Shown here: in pieces, positions 26,714 to 38,976 of the stretch
How the letters are laid out: the number at the start of each line of letters is the position of its first letter
Position numbering within the stretch: the first letter of the stretch is position 1
Assembly: GCF_006345805.1 (NCBI RefSeq)
Contig: NC_043012.1
Coordinates: 34,038,001-34,102,000 of the forward strand
DNA: 64,000 nucleotides
Direction: 5' to 3'
Source of the DNA: Octopus sinensis
Lineage: Eukaryota
The notes under the pieces: generated by a model
What the model was told of the DNA's origin: nothing
Seen by the model: only the letters and a program-made list of their open reading frames with translations
The model's database searches: none
Translations under genes and position numbers: made by a program

Positions 26714-27813
26714 CTACAAAACAAAGAGGTATATACATAATAATGATGATGATGACGATGATGATGATGATATACCTATTTCTTTACTACCCACAAGGGG
26801 CTAAACACAGAGAGGACAAACAAGGACAGACAAACGGATTAAGCCAATTACATCAACCCCAGTGTGTAACTGGTACTTATTTAATCGACCCCCGAAAGGA
26901 TAAAAGGCAAAATCAACCTCGGCGGAATTTGAACTCAGAACGTAGCAGCAGACGAAATACTGATAAGCATTTCGCCCGGCGTGCTAACGTTTCTGCCAGC
27001 TCACTGCCTTTTGATGATGATGATATATATCATCATCATCATCATCATTTAACATCCGTTTTCCATGCTGGCATGGGTTGGACAGCTTGACAGGAACTAG
27101 CGAGGCCTGGGGTTGCACCAGGTTCCACAGTCTGTTTTGACTTGGTTTCTATGGCTGGATGCCCTTCCTAATGCCAACAACTTTACAGAGTGCACCAGGG
27201 ACTTTTTATGTAACACCATCACAAGCACTTTTTATGTAGTACCTTGGTTTTAGACAGACACACACACACAATAGCAAAAAATGCCTGAAAAGAAGAGAAA
27301 AGGGCTGACACAGAAATTTCTCTCCATATTTAAATATAAAAATTAATTACAAAATCAATTATTGATGTGTAAATGCTTGATGAATGGAAGAAAGGAAGAT
27401 GTTAGCATATAATTAATAATATACAATTAATTAACAGAGGCATCAAGGTTTCTAATTCTTCAAAAGAAATGAGGGTTTATGTCTACAAAATGAACTTAAT
27501 TCCAGGATCTCTATGGCGTATACTCCATAAACTATGGAGTATATTCTACACAACTTCCTTCATTTTTAATGCTATACGAGCACATTTGAGGTAAGCTGGT
27601 GGATCAGAAATAATCCGTCTACATATAAGAAAGTGAGCAGAAACTAGGGTGAGGAGGAGGAGGCGGTGCCAGTGATGGTGGTTGTGGTGGTGGTGAGGGT
27701 GCTGATGGTGATATTGGTTAGTGTGGTTTTCATTAAGTGGTGGTGTTGGTGGTGATGTGATGATAATGAAGATGATGATGATGAGCGACAAAAGTTTAAA
27801 AACTGACACTTAC

Positions 27814-27918
27814 TCTGTAACCCAAAGCCTTCAACTCCATCTGTGAACAAGGGTAGAGATCCATGTATTTGTAGCGATCAATCAACAGGGCCGTTTCTTT
27901 CCCTTCAAATTCTTGGAG
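27814..27918 (-). CDS. CSTF3: CstF-77 exon
   Basis: cag|[35 protein letters not shown]|gtaagt; 105 nt. Confidence 0.95.
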
Positions 27919-28163
27919 CTGAAATCATAACCACATTAACACAGCGTCAACAGGGTTCCTATTGAAACATTTCCAAAGCTCACACACACACATACACACA
28001 CTTAACGAGTCTCTTCTACAACAGGTATTCTGCTGTGAAACATCAATTCAATTGGATGGTTTGATCAAAATAATATTCATAGAAGAAAGAAGGTTCACAA
28101 GAATCTCAAACACAAGAATTTTTGATGACACAAAGAAGTTTACAACTTGACACTGATAAATAC

Positions 28164-28260
28164 CTGATTTGTAGCTGCGGCTCTTCTCTTTTCTACTTTT
28201 AAAATACTTGATAAATCTCCAACTTCAGACTCAAAAGAAAGAAATCGACTCCAGATTTCA
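28164..28260 (-). CDS. CSTF3: CstF-77 exon
   Basis: cag|[33 protein letters not shown]|gtattt; 97 nt. Confidence 0.94.
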
Positions 28261-29715
28261 CTGTTGATAAAAGAAAAATAATAATAAAAATATTTAAATA
28301 AATGCTTGAAATACATTACATTACCCCCAGGGGCAGAGAGTTGAGTTAAAGAATATCAGACCAAATATCTTATGGTTTTTAGTTTCAGTTGTGAGTTTCA
28401 AATGCAACAAGAAGAAATTTGTCTTCTTTTATTCCAAAGTTCAAAAAAAAATTTTTTTTAATAAAAAAACATACATGAAACATGGTCACCACACACAAGT
28501 GGATTGTCAAAGACAATAGTAACTCTGAATAAGAACTGACAGAGAGTAGGAGGAGCTGTTTAACCCAGCTGCAATGATAATGCTATAATATACACTAAGT
28601 CCACATGGTAAAACAGCAACAAAGTTGGCCATTGATCTGTACTGTGAACTGTGATGAGTGGTAAGACCTAGCCAACCCATGTCTGCATAGAAAAATAAAC
28701 ATAAAATGATGAAGATTTCTATGATGATGATGATGATGGGGAGGTGGGGGCTTAGGGAATAAATTACTGAGAGAAATTACTCAGGGATGGTATATGCATG
28801 AAACACAATAGTCAAGTTAATTGTTTACTACCATAATGAGTTCTCACAGCACTGCATTCAAATTTTGGCACAAGGCCAGCAATTTCGGAGAGAGTTTTAA
28901 GTTGATTACCTCAACCGTAGTGTTCATCTGGTACTTATCAACCCCAAAAGGAGGCAAGACAGAGTCAACCTCAGCAGAATCTGAACTCAGAACATCAAGA
29001 CGGACAAAATGCTGCTAGACATTTTGCCCAGTGTGCTAACGATTCTGCCATCTCACCAAAACTAATTATGGTAACTTAAATTATTAATATAATATTAGAA
29101 TCAAATAACAACACTTCCCTGTGTAACAATTGACATTCCAGTTAGCCATGCTGAGAAAGACAAGAACATAATTCAACCAAAACCAATCACCTTCATCATT
29201 ATCATCATCATCATCGCTTTACATCTGCTTTCCATGCTAGCATGGGTTGGACGATTTTGACTGAGGTCTGGCGAACCAGATGGCTGCACCAAGCTCCAGT
29301 CTTGATCTGGCAGAGTTTCTACAGCTGGATGCCCTATGTTCACTAAAACTGTAAACTTCAACATATTTGGTTCTATATCACACATTCCTGGTTTCAAATC
29401 TTACCAAGATTGATTCTTCATTCTACAATCTACCTCTCATTCTTCCTAAATTATCATTTTTCACTTGACGAGACACAACACACCTGTTCACACTGGTAAA
29501 CACACACACACACACAGAGGGTTTTTTTGGTTGCTATGTCACATGACAAACAAGCACAACAGACAGCCATGCAAACTGTGTTAGAATCGACTTGCCTGAC
29601 TTATGTCAGCACAGAAAAGGAAAACAAATAAGTGATAATAGTGTGTGTGTGTACATGCACACACATGTATGCATGGTGTGTGTATAGAGGGAGAGAGAAG
29701 GTCAGAAAGTATTAC

Positions 29716-29785
29716 CTAGATCTTTCTGGAGGGATCTGACCGGAAGACAAAACTCTTTCGTACAGCACTCGAGTATTGTTATCCT
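29716..29785 (-). CDS. CSTF3: CstF-77 exon
   Basis: cag|(E)DNNTRVLYERVLSSGQIPPERS(AG)|gtaata; 70 nt. Confidence 0.94.
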
Positions 29786-30065
29786 CTGTGAATAAAAAAT
29801 AATAATAAAAGAAATAGAAATTACAAAAAACTCTGGAAACGAGGCATACATTAAACACACACATACATATATATCCCCATATACATATGTATATATGTAC
29901 ACATACACACACAGATACATACATATATATATATATATATTAATTTACGAAGGTGTCATTAATTCTATTATTATCCAATATAACTATTTTTAAAATGATA
30001 ATAACAGAATCAATGACACAGGTGATAGCAGGCCAAAAAATAGCATTAAATAGCCGAGGGATTAA

Positions 30066-30357
30066 AATTAATCAAAGGACATACTAAGTATGTCTACCTG
30101 CTTGAAATAACAGTCAAAACCCTTATTAAATCGCCAAAAAATGGTAAAATAAAACCTTAGCTTCTTAGCTAAGGTTTTTTACCAGTGCAGAAACCAGTCC
30201 ACGTGAGTCCAAATACTTAAATGTATGTTAGTAGATTTTCTTAACCTGATTTTGCCTTCGTTTGATTTCTGTAGTTTTCACCAGTGTATTTTTGGCGATT
30301 TAATAAGGGTTTTGACTGTTGTTTCAAGCAGGTAGACATACTTAGTATGTCCTTTGA

Positions 30358-30363
<6 letters not shown>
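30066..30363. mobile_element. MITE with about 75-bp terminal inverted repeats
   Basis: aattaatcaaaggacatactaagtatgtctacctgcttgaaa...aaatcgccaaaa is mirrored at 30291-30363; no coding capacity. Confidence 0.75.
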
Positions 30364-30406
<43 letters not shown>

Positions 30407-32054
30407 GAAATTCCAGATATAAAGAACAAAACCTGGAACTGAAGGGTTTCAAAATTAATTTAGCAAAGACTAAAAGAGGGAAGAAGACAGGATATCCTGC
30501 AAGAAAATGGCCTTGCTTGACACGTAGAAAAAGAGTAGGTAGAAATTCTGTATGATTATCAGATCAATGAAAAATTACAAATATTAAACTAAAAATTATA
30601 ATTGATCAGATTGATCATGGATCAGATTTTCAGATGGAATGCAGCAGCAGAAATTTATTTATGTTTACTATTCAGAGCCACAACCTCCTCTGGTAATCCG
30701 TTGTACTTCCACTATATGTGTTTGTATGTGGGTGTGTATAACATATTTGCTTGCATTTATTTTTTATTTTTAAATGTATAAAAAAAAATTGCCCTGCATC
30801 TAACGTGGCCATATTACAGATGTTGTAGGATAGGGAACTGTATAAACATAACTCCACTAGATACAATAACTATTACTGATAATAGAATATTGAAAACCAG
30901 CCAAGATATCACAGCCTGTCAGCACAAACTTATGAAAAATTGCTTATAGTATTTTGGCAGTTATGTGGAAAGGTCACATCACCCCATCTATACCTCCTTC
31001 CCTGGGCATACATAACCCACACATGCGTCTTTTATTATTTAATGACTGTGTTACCTTCAAGAAATATTTTTCTAATTATCTAAATGAAATTTCTCCTAAA
31101 AAGGTGAAAGAATTGTTAAATTTTCCTCTGCTTATCAGCCATTTCACAATGAGGGAATGGCAACAGAACCATGGCAGTGGTGCACCTTTCTGGCAGCTGA
31201 TTGCTGCATCACAAAGCATCACAGCCAGAAATACGAGTTTTACATCTTGTATAGAAATTCTCATGACCAAAATATAAACAACTATTCAGCTGAACTGAAA
31301 GAAGATTCTGTTGAAATACGGTACTTGTATAATGTAGTTTATTAAAGACAAACTTATGGTTTCATGCATCATTCCAGTATATCATCATCATCATTTCCAT
31401 AATAGTATGGGTTGGACGATTTAACTGAGGTCTGGCAAACCAGACTCCAATCTGATCTGGCAGAGTTTCTAAAGCTGGATACCCTTCCTAATGCCAACCA
31501 CTCCGAGAGTATAGTGGGTGCTTTTATGTGCCACTGGCACGAAAGCCAGTTTGGTGGTACTGGCAATGGCCACACCCAAATGGTGCTTTTTATGTGCCAC
31601 CTGCACAGGAGCCAATCCAGCGGCACTGGCAACGACCTTGTTTGAATGTTTCATGTGCCACCAGTGCAAGTGCTCACAGAAATCATACATTTTCTTCTAC
31701 TGTGGCTTTGGTTAATTGCAAGCTGATTGGTTGGTATTGAGGGCACATTACCTAATCTAAGTGTAGTCTGAACCTAGTTACTAAAACTGTAAGGTTTCAA
31801 TTCTAGACTTTGTTACACACTAAAACTATTTTAGAATATCTTTCAATAGCTGTAAAATGAAACATACCAAATTTTTTTTTCTCTACAAAATATACTTGTA
31901 AAATAGGGTTCCCCTCTAATGCTGCTATGTGTTTTATGTCAGCAAATACAGTATGTGAGTGTGTGTGTGTGTGTACAATGTAAGAGATATTATTGAAATA
32001 CAATGAGAGACAATAAAAATGTGAATTGCAATGTGCTACAATGAAAGTATTTAC

Positions 32055-32157
32055 CGTTTAAATGTGACATAAAATCAACATAGCCAAGAACATAATCTGG
32101 GATTTCTCCATATTTCTTCAAGCCTAGTTCAAATATTCTCAGAGCCACAGTTTTTTC
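32055..32157 (-). CDS. CSTF3: CstF-77 exon
   Basis: tag|[34 protein letters not shown](G)|gtaaat; 103 nt. Confidence 0.94.
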
Positions 32158-33498
32158 CTATAAATAAATATTATCTTACAAATTACACAGAACTGTAACA
32201 AACATGTTTCATAAAAGATTAAAAATTAAAACTGACAACAAACTAGGTAATATAACTTATGAATAGAATTCAGGAGACAGAGGCTGTACAGAAGCTTGTT
32301 GTACGTGTGAGAGCGGGGTATGTATGTGCATGTATTTGTGTCTATGTGTATGTGTTTGGGTTTGTTCTTGTGAGTGAGTGTGTGTGTGTGTGTGCATGTA
32401 TTCATGTGCATATGTGTCATAAGGAATGGCTGATAAATCGATGACTCAAACAAAAATACCATTATTCTAGATACACTGCAATGAATTAAATCCATTATAG
32501 CTGGATAAAAGTCAAATATTTTTATTGAGGCTTTTCATAATCTAACAGTGAAGGTGTACAACCTGGTTGGTTCAATGCCTAGGCAAGGCAGTGCATGTGT
32601 TCGTTTTACATTGCTCCAGTCTGGTGAACTTTAATGAGTACCAGCTGAGCGTTGGTGTAGTCCTCCCTCCACCACCAGCTGTCATACTCTGGGTGCTCCT
32701 CTCAGTCAACAGTGAAAGGATTGGGAGTAGGGTCTCTATCTGCGCCCAGATACATTAGCTCCAACAATTTATGAGAGTATGGTAATGCTATTAAACTGTC
32801 CTCAATTGTCAGAGAAAGCTATGGAAGTAATTAATAAATATATTCCAGAATGTATATAAATGTAGAATTGAAATTTAGTTGAAACTGCATTTGATTTCTA
32901 TTATTTTATGGTGGCCATGCTGGGGCACCTCTTCATATTGTCTTGAAGTCTTGGCTGAAGGAATTCTTCAATAATAATATTTTGCAATTTCAAGACATTA
33001 ACCGCATCATAAATAGTTTTGCAATTGTTACTTTACAATTAGATGATCCCCAGATTATTTTTCAGTGACTCATCATCATCATCATCATCGTTTAACGTCC
33101 GTTTTCCATGCTAGCATGGGTTGGACGATTTTGACTGAGGGCTGGCAAACCAGATGGCTGCACCAGGCTCCAATCTTAAACTCTGCCAAATCAAGATTGG
33201 AGCCTGGTGCAGCCATCTGGTTTGCCAGTCCTCAGTCAAATCGTCTAACCCATGCTAGCATGGAAAACGGATGTTAAATGATGATGATGATTCAAACACA
33301 CACACACACATTTTTTCCTTTCAAGATTCTGAGTTCAAACTTGGCTAGTAAATTAAGTATAGGAAGCAGTAGAAAATCTGGAGATACTCAGTGAAACAGA
33401 GTCTAAAACACAGGAACAGATGGAGGTCCTAGTCTATTGTTGTTTAAAAATGATTTTTAAAATATTCTGAACTGATGGAATATCAGAAAACCACTGAC

Positions 33499-33642
33499 CT
33501 TACTACAATAATATTCCGTTAGTGCAGCCGATACATAGACATGGAAGCGAGTCCGAGTGTCATCACGAGCCATTTTAAAGACAAGGCGAGCAGCTTTAAT
33601 TCCTTCTGCTCTTCGAGCAAACTTCATGTATTGAATGTAGGC
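33499..33642 (-). CDS. CSTF3: CstF-77 exon
   Basis: cag|[48 protein letters not shown]|gtcagt; 144 nt; HAT repeat. Confidence 0.96.
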
Positions 33643-34060
33643 CTGTTTAATACAACACAAAAATCAAGAGAGAAAAATAAAAGTTTCTGTTTTCTCGTAA
33701 TTACGAAGAACACTAATTTCAACAAAAGGTCACAATAAAATTAGACATGTAACAAAGGTATGTGAAAAAAAAAAAAACAATAAAAAAATCAACATCAAAA
33801 TGAAAGGGATGTGGGAATGACAATGAAAATAATTTTCTCCTTCTTCAGATATACATTATATACAATTGACAGATATTTGTCCTTATCTTGTTTGTTGTTA
33901 ACACGTTTCAGCTAATATACCCTCCAGCCTTCATCAGGTGTCTTGGGGAAATTTCAAACCTGGGTTCTCATTCCTAAGGTATTTTTCAATGTTGCTGTTG
34001 TTGTTATTGTTGTTGACATCATCATCGCCGCCGCCACTGCCACCACCACCGTCATCATTC

Positions 34061-34135
34061 AGGTCACTGCCTGGAATCAAACTCGGGATCTTGGAGTTAA
34101 TAGCCCGCACTCTTAACCACTACACCATATGCCCC
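34061..34135 (-). mobile_element. tRNA-like SINE head inside a hammerhead-bearing inverted repeat
   Basis: ggggcatatggtgtagtggttaagagtgcggg...cgagtttgattccaggcagtgacct has A- and B-box-like motifs; the acceptor stem does not pair. Confidence 0.65.
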
Positions 34136-34681
34136 AGGGTCGAAATTTTCCCCAAGACACCTGATGAAGGCTGGAGGATATATCAGCCAAAACATTGTGT
34201 TAACAACAAACAAGATGAGGACAAATATCCGTCAAATGTAAATAATGTAAATAATTCCTCATCTCTTAAATATAGAACTGTATTATTTCAGATATGTTTG
34301 AAACAGTTGAATGTTTGTACCAGACTGCAAAGTCTTCCATGTTGAGTTCAATTCCACAGCAAGTATTTCATTCTTAATATTTAAACAAGTAACAAGCTGC
34401 CAGGAAGAAAATTTGCCTCTCTTTCATTCAATACCTATTTCTTGAACTCACAACGTAACGACAAACAAAATACCGCTATGCATTTCACCCGGCGTGCTAT
34501 CGTTTCTGCCAGCTCACCGCCTTCATTCTTTCATTCAATGCCATGAAATTTGAGTGCAATTGTGAACTTTCATCACAGTGGGGAGGGGTACATCGCCATA
34601 TTTTAAAATTTTCCCATGCACAATATGAAAAGACAAACAATATAAAACAGTAAACAATAATATAAACAAAAGGAATCCTAC

Positions 34682-34756
34682 CAGTGTTGGATCAATTTCT
34701 TGAATAGCCAGTAGACGTTTGTATATTGAATGGACCTTGTCATTTTTCATACGACT
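34682..34756 (-). CDS. CSTF3: CstF-77 exon
   Basis: cag|SRMKNDKVHSIYKRLLAIQEIDPTL|gtagga; 75 nt. Confidence 0.94.
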
Positions 34757-35064
34757 CTGAAAGGAAAAACATTTATTATGAAAGAAATTATTGATGAATG
34801 TTATTTAAAAAGTTAAAATATTTGATAAAGAATTATTGCTGTTTAACTCCAGGTCAATACTGATGGAGCAAACCTATGACTGAAGGTATTCTAGCCATGA
34901 CCATCCTGTCATTATTGTCATTATCAAGTGGCTAGCAGAAAAGCGTCTGGAGGAGAGTCTTTCTAGCAGTGTAATGGTGTAAGATTTAAATTTGGCAGAT
35001 GTGTATCATTAAAACAGAGACAGATGGTATTAAAAGAGTTAAAGCAAGCAATTTAGATGAATAC

Positions 35065-35181
35065 CTCTTCAAAATCTGCATATGCAAAATACAGCAACAT
35101 ATTTGTCTTCAAGAGTGTTGTGATTGCTCGTTCATAGATGGCAGCAGCTTCATCAGCAAAGATTTTCCCAGCATTTTGGTC
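35065..35181 (-). CDS. CSTF3: CstF-77 exon
   Basis: aag|[39 protein letters not shown]|gtattc; 117 nt. Confidence 0.94.
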
Positions 35182-36679
35182 CTTGAATTTAAAATCACAA
35201 AAAATAAAGAACATTTTATAATTATTATTATCATTGTTATTTTTTTTTGTATATCAGGGTAATTTTGGGTTGGGTGCAGTATACCCAAATCATCTGAAGT
35301 GGTTGTCCCACCATCATGTTTGGAACCCATTTTGTTGTTGTTATCATTGTTCTATTTGGTCATTGTTATTTACAGCTATTCATAATGCCTTTATTGTTGG
35401 GATGGATCTGAGAACAGCATGTCATCAAAGTGACACTGGGTACAAATATACAAAGCCCAATATACCCATCAGGACTACCTGTCTGATAAGGGTACACCAG
35501 GCACATACATCGCAGTCATATGTGCATAACATGGTGATCTCGTATCAAGATAAACAGTACATGACCTTACAGGTGGAGCCCAATTAGAATTTCTTCAAGT
35601 TGAGTAGCTCATCTCACTCAAATGATCCCTGAATAAGGGTTGTTGAGGGATGATGAACGAAGTGCCCATGATTCCAGAGGTGAATTATTCAAATCTCAAA
35701 GAATTCCTCTCAACATATGGCTATGATACTCCCCCACTAGTCCTGCTCATGATCAGAGAGGTATATATTGTCAGCCATTAACCCTTTCATTACTGAATTT
35801 ATTTTGAGATTCTCTATGTTTCTTTCAATTATTTTAAATCATCATCATCATCATCATCATTTAGCGTCCGCTTTCCATGCTAGCATGTGTTGGACGGTTC
35901 AACTGGGGTCTGTGAAGCCAGAAGGCTGCATCAGGCCCAGTCTGATCTGGCAGTGTTTCTACGGCTGGATGCCCTTCTTAACGCCAACCACTCCGTGAGT
36001 GTAGTGGGTGCTTTTAACGTGCCACCCGCACAGGTGCCAGACGGAGCTGGCAAACGGCCACGGACGGATGGTGCTTTTTACGTGCCACCGGCACGAGGCC
36101 AGTCGGGGCGGCGCTAACAAAGAATTTAGCAAAATAACTTAGTTATCGTTAAGTTAGTGTTAGGAACATTAATTGTGACTGAGGTTTGGTGGAAGATTTT
36201 AATTCAAAACCTATGAAAACAAGACATTTATACTACAGAACCAGAGCCGGTTTCAGCCGGGTTGGTAACGAAAGGGTTAAAGGACATGCTTAACTGGTTA
36301 AGCAAATCTGTGGTATGTAGCAGGATATTTGTTGTAGCCCATGTTTTACATCAAGACAAAACATGTACATGATAACACTTCCAGTCAGTTAAGAGCAGAA
36401 GCCATGAGAGCCACTGCTTGGTACTGCATCAATTATTGTTGTCGTTATATTATCAATATTGTGGTTATATTCAGAGAGGAACTAGTACAAGACACAAATA
36501 CAGTTTGCTGAAACAGTGAAGTATTTCACCGTTTCCTCCAGTTACTTCCGTGAATGCTCCTACCATTTCTATAATGATAGCAGCTACTTACAAGCCCTCA
36601 CAGTTTTTCTCATTGTGGTGAAGAGAGAAAATTGATAACACTGGCTGGGAGAGACAGGAAGTTGCACTGTTACATGCAG

Positions 36680-36765
36680 GAAGGGCTAATGAAAGGGTCT
36701 TTGTCAGGAGGGCTGATGAAAGGTTCTTTGTTAGGAGGGCTAATGAAAGGGTCTTTCTTAGGAGG
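36680..36765. repeat. 27-bp minisatellite, about 3 copies
   Basis: agggctaatgaaagggtctttgtcagg repeated with small variations. Confidence 0.75.
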
Positions 36766-37937
36766 AACTAGAAAGGAAGAGAAAGAGAGGAAGAAGACGG
36801 GCTCTTCTTTATTAATCCATTATCCTCCACCACACATCACATTCACAACCCAGTGCAGTCACCTCTCATGAATTCCACATCAGATTTCTCTTATATTCGA
36901 TTATTGTGCTCTGTCATTCATATACATTATTATTATGGATCCAATAGAATACATGGAAGATGGTAGTCTGGATTAAGGCATGCCTGGATCAAATCCAGTT
37001 GGTGGCTTCTCCCTTATCTGTCGCTGGGTTACCTTTCTTCACATTTATTTATCTTGATAAAAAGAAAAATTTAAAGAAAAAATTGGCACTCCATTGATTA
37101 CAACATGAAATTAACATGAAAGTGGCTGAGTACACCACAGACATGCATACTCTTCTTGTAGTTTTCAGGGAGATTTGGCATTACACACGATGTGACAAGG
37201 CTGGCCCTCTGAAATATAGTTACTACTCATTTGTCACCAGCTGAGTGGACTGGAGCAACAGAAAATAAAGTATCTTGCTGAAGGACACAATATGGACCCT
37301 GGGCCATATCCCTGCTCACTGCTATCTGGGTAGGAATAGCTATCCAAAGTGCAAAGCCCTGTGAGTCAGAGTGGTTGTTCCAGTGCATCTCCCTCACCTT
37401 TGTCCAGGGCAGCAACTTTCCCATTCAGTCTGCTGGGACTATGAGGCAGTCTGACTTACAGGAAATTGAGAAAAAGTAAGAATTTCAGAGCTTCCTACGC
37501 AAATGATAAACTAATATATATCCAAGCATGATCGTTACCAACGTCGCCTTACTGGCACTTGTGCCGGTGGCATGTGTAAAAAGATTCGATTGAGGTCATT
37601 GCCAGTAGCGCCTGACTGGCCCCGTGCTGGTGGCACGTAAAAAGCACCCACTACACTCTCGGAGTGGTTGGTGTTAGGAAGGGCATCCAGATGTAGAAAC
37701 TCTGCCAGATCAAGATTGGAGCCTGGTGCAGCCGTCTGGTTTGCCAGCCCTCAGTCAAAATCGTCCAACCCATGCCAGCATGGAAAGCGGACGTTAAACG
37801 ATGATAATGATGATGATGTATTGAAACCATGCCGCAAGTTTTACTTACTATGTGCTCTTACTGGAATTCATTTGTCATAAGAAATATTTCTCTGCAGACT
37901 GAAGGAATTTCAGTTAAAAATTTCTCTCATGTATGGA

Positions 37938-38735
37938 TACATTAGTAAAAATCTATGACAGCAGAAGGATATATTAATAATAATCTCTGTTAACAGCAGA
38001 GAGCTACATTAGTAAAAATCTATGACAGCAGAAGGATATATTAATAATAATCTCTGTTAACAGCAGAAGGATATATTAATAATAATCTCTGTTAACAGCA
38101 GAGAGCTACATTAGTAATAATCTATGACAGCAGAAGGATATATTAATAATAATCTCTGTTAACAGCAGAGAGCTACATTAGTAATAATCTATGACAGCAG
38201 AAGGATATATTAATAATAATCTCTGTTAACAGCAGAAGGATATATTAATAATAATCTCTGTTAACAGCAGAGAGCTACATTAGTAATAATCTATGACAGC
38301 AGAAGGATATATTAATAATAATCTCTGTTAACAGCAGAAGGATATATTAATAATAATCTCTGTTAACAGCAGAGAGCTACATTAGTAATAATCTATGACA
38401 GCAGAAGGATATATTAATAATAATCTCTGTTAACAGCAGAAGGATATATTAATAATAATCTCTGTTAACAGCAGAGAGCTACATTAGTAATAATCTATGA
38501 CAGCAGAAGGATATATTAATAATAATCTCTGTTAACAGCAGAAGGATATATTAATAATAATCTCTGTTAACAGCAGAGAGCTACATTAGTAATAATCTAT
38601 GACAGCAGAAGGATATATTAATAATAATCTCTGTTAACAGCAGAGAGCTACATTAGTAATAATCTATGACAGCAGAAGGATATATTAATAATAATCTCTG
38701 TTAACAGCAGAGAGCTACATTAGTAATAATCTATG
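37938..38735. repeat. Two-unit minisatellite (35-bp A and 32-bp B units)
   Basis: A = cagcagaaggatatattaataataatctctgttaa (14 copies), B = cagcagagagctacattagtaataatctatga (9 copies plus a partial); copies are nearly identical. Confidence 0.95.
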
Positions 38736-38866
38736 TTAGCATTGGAATAAAGTGACAGTGTAAATATGGAGACTAAATGAGAGATTAAAATGTCAATGAC
38801 TGGCATTGACACCTCAATCTAATTAAGGTCTTTTTATATTAATTAAATAACCAATTAAAAACTTAC

Positions 38867-38976
38867 CCCCTTTTCTGTGAGGAGCTTACTGCTTTGTTCC
38901 AGAAAAGATGCAGCTTCATACCAAATGTCTGGGTGATGGCCAAGGCATAAAAGACATTGCTCGTAGGCAAACATTA
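38867..38976 (-). CDS. CSTF3: CstF-77 exon
   Basis: cag|(V)[36 protein letters not shown]|gtaagt; 110 nt. Confidence 0.96.

Noticed and set aside
34061-34135. Functional tRNA gene
   Set aside because: A/B boxes are present but the acceptor stem does not pair and it is embedded in a repeat. The same applies to the SINE A and B heads.
37938-38735. CRISPR-like array
   Set aside because: There are no unique spacers (both alternating units repeat), no cas genes, and the context is a eukaryotic intron.
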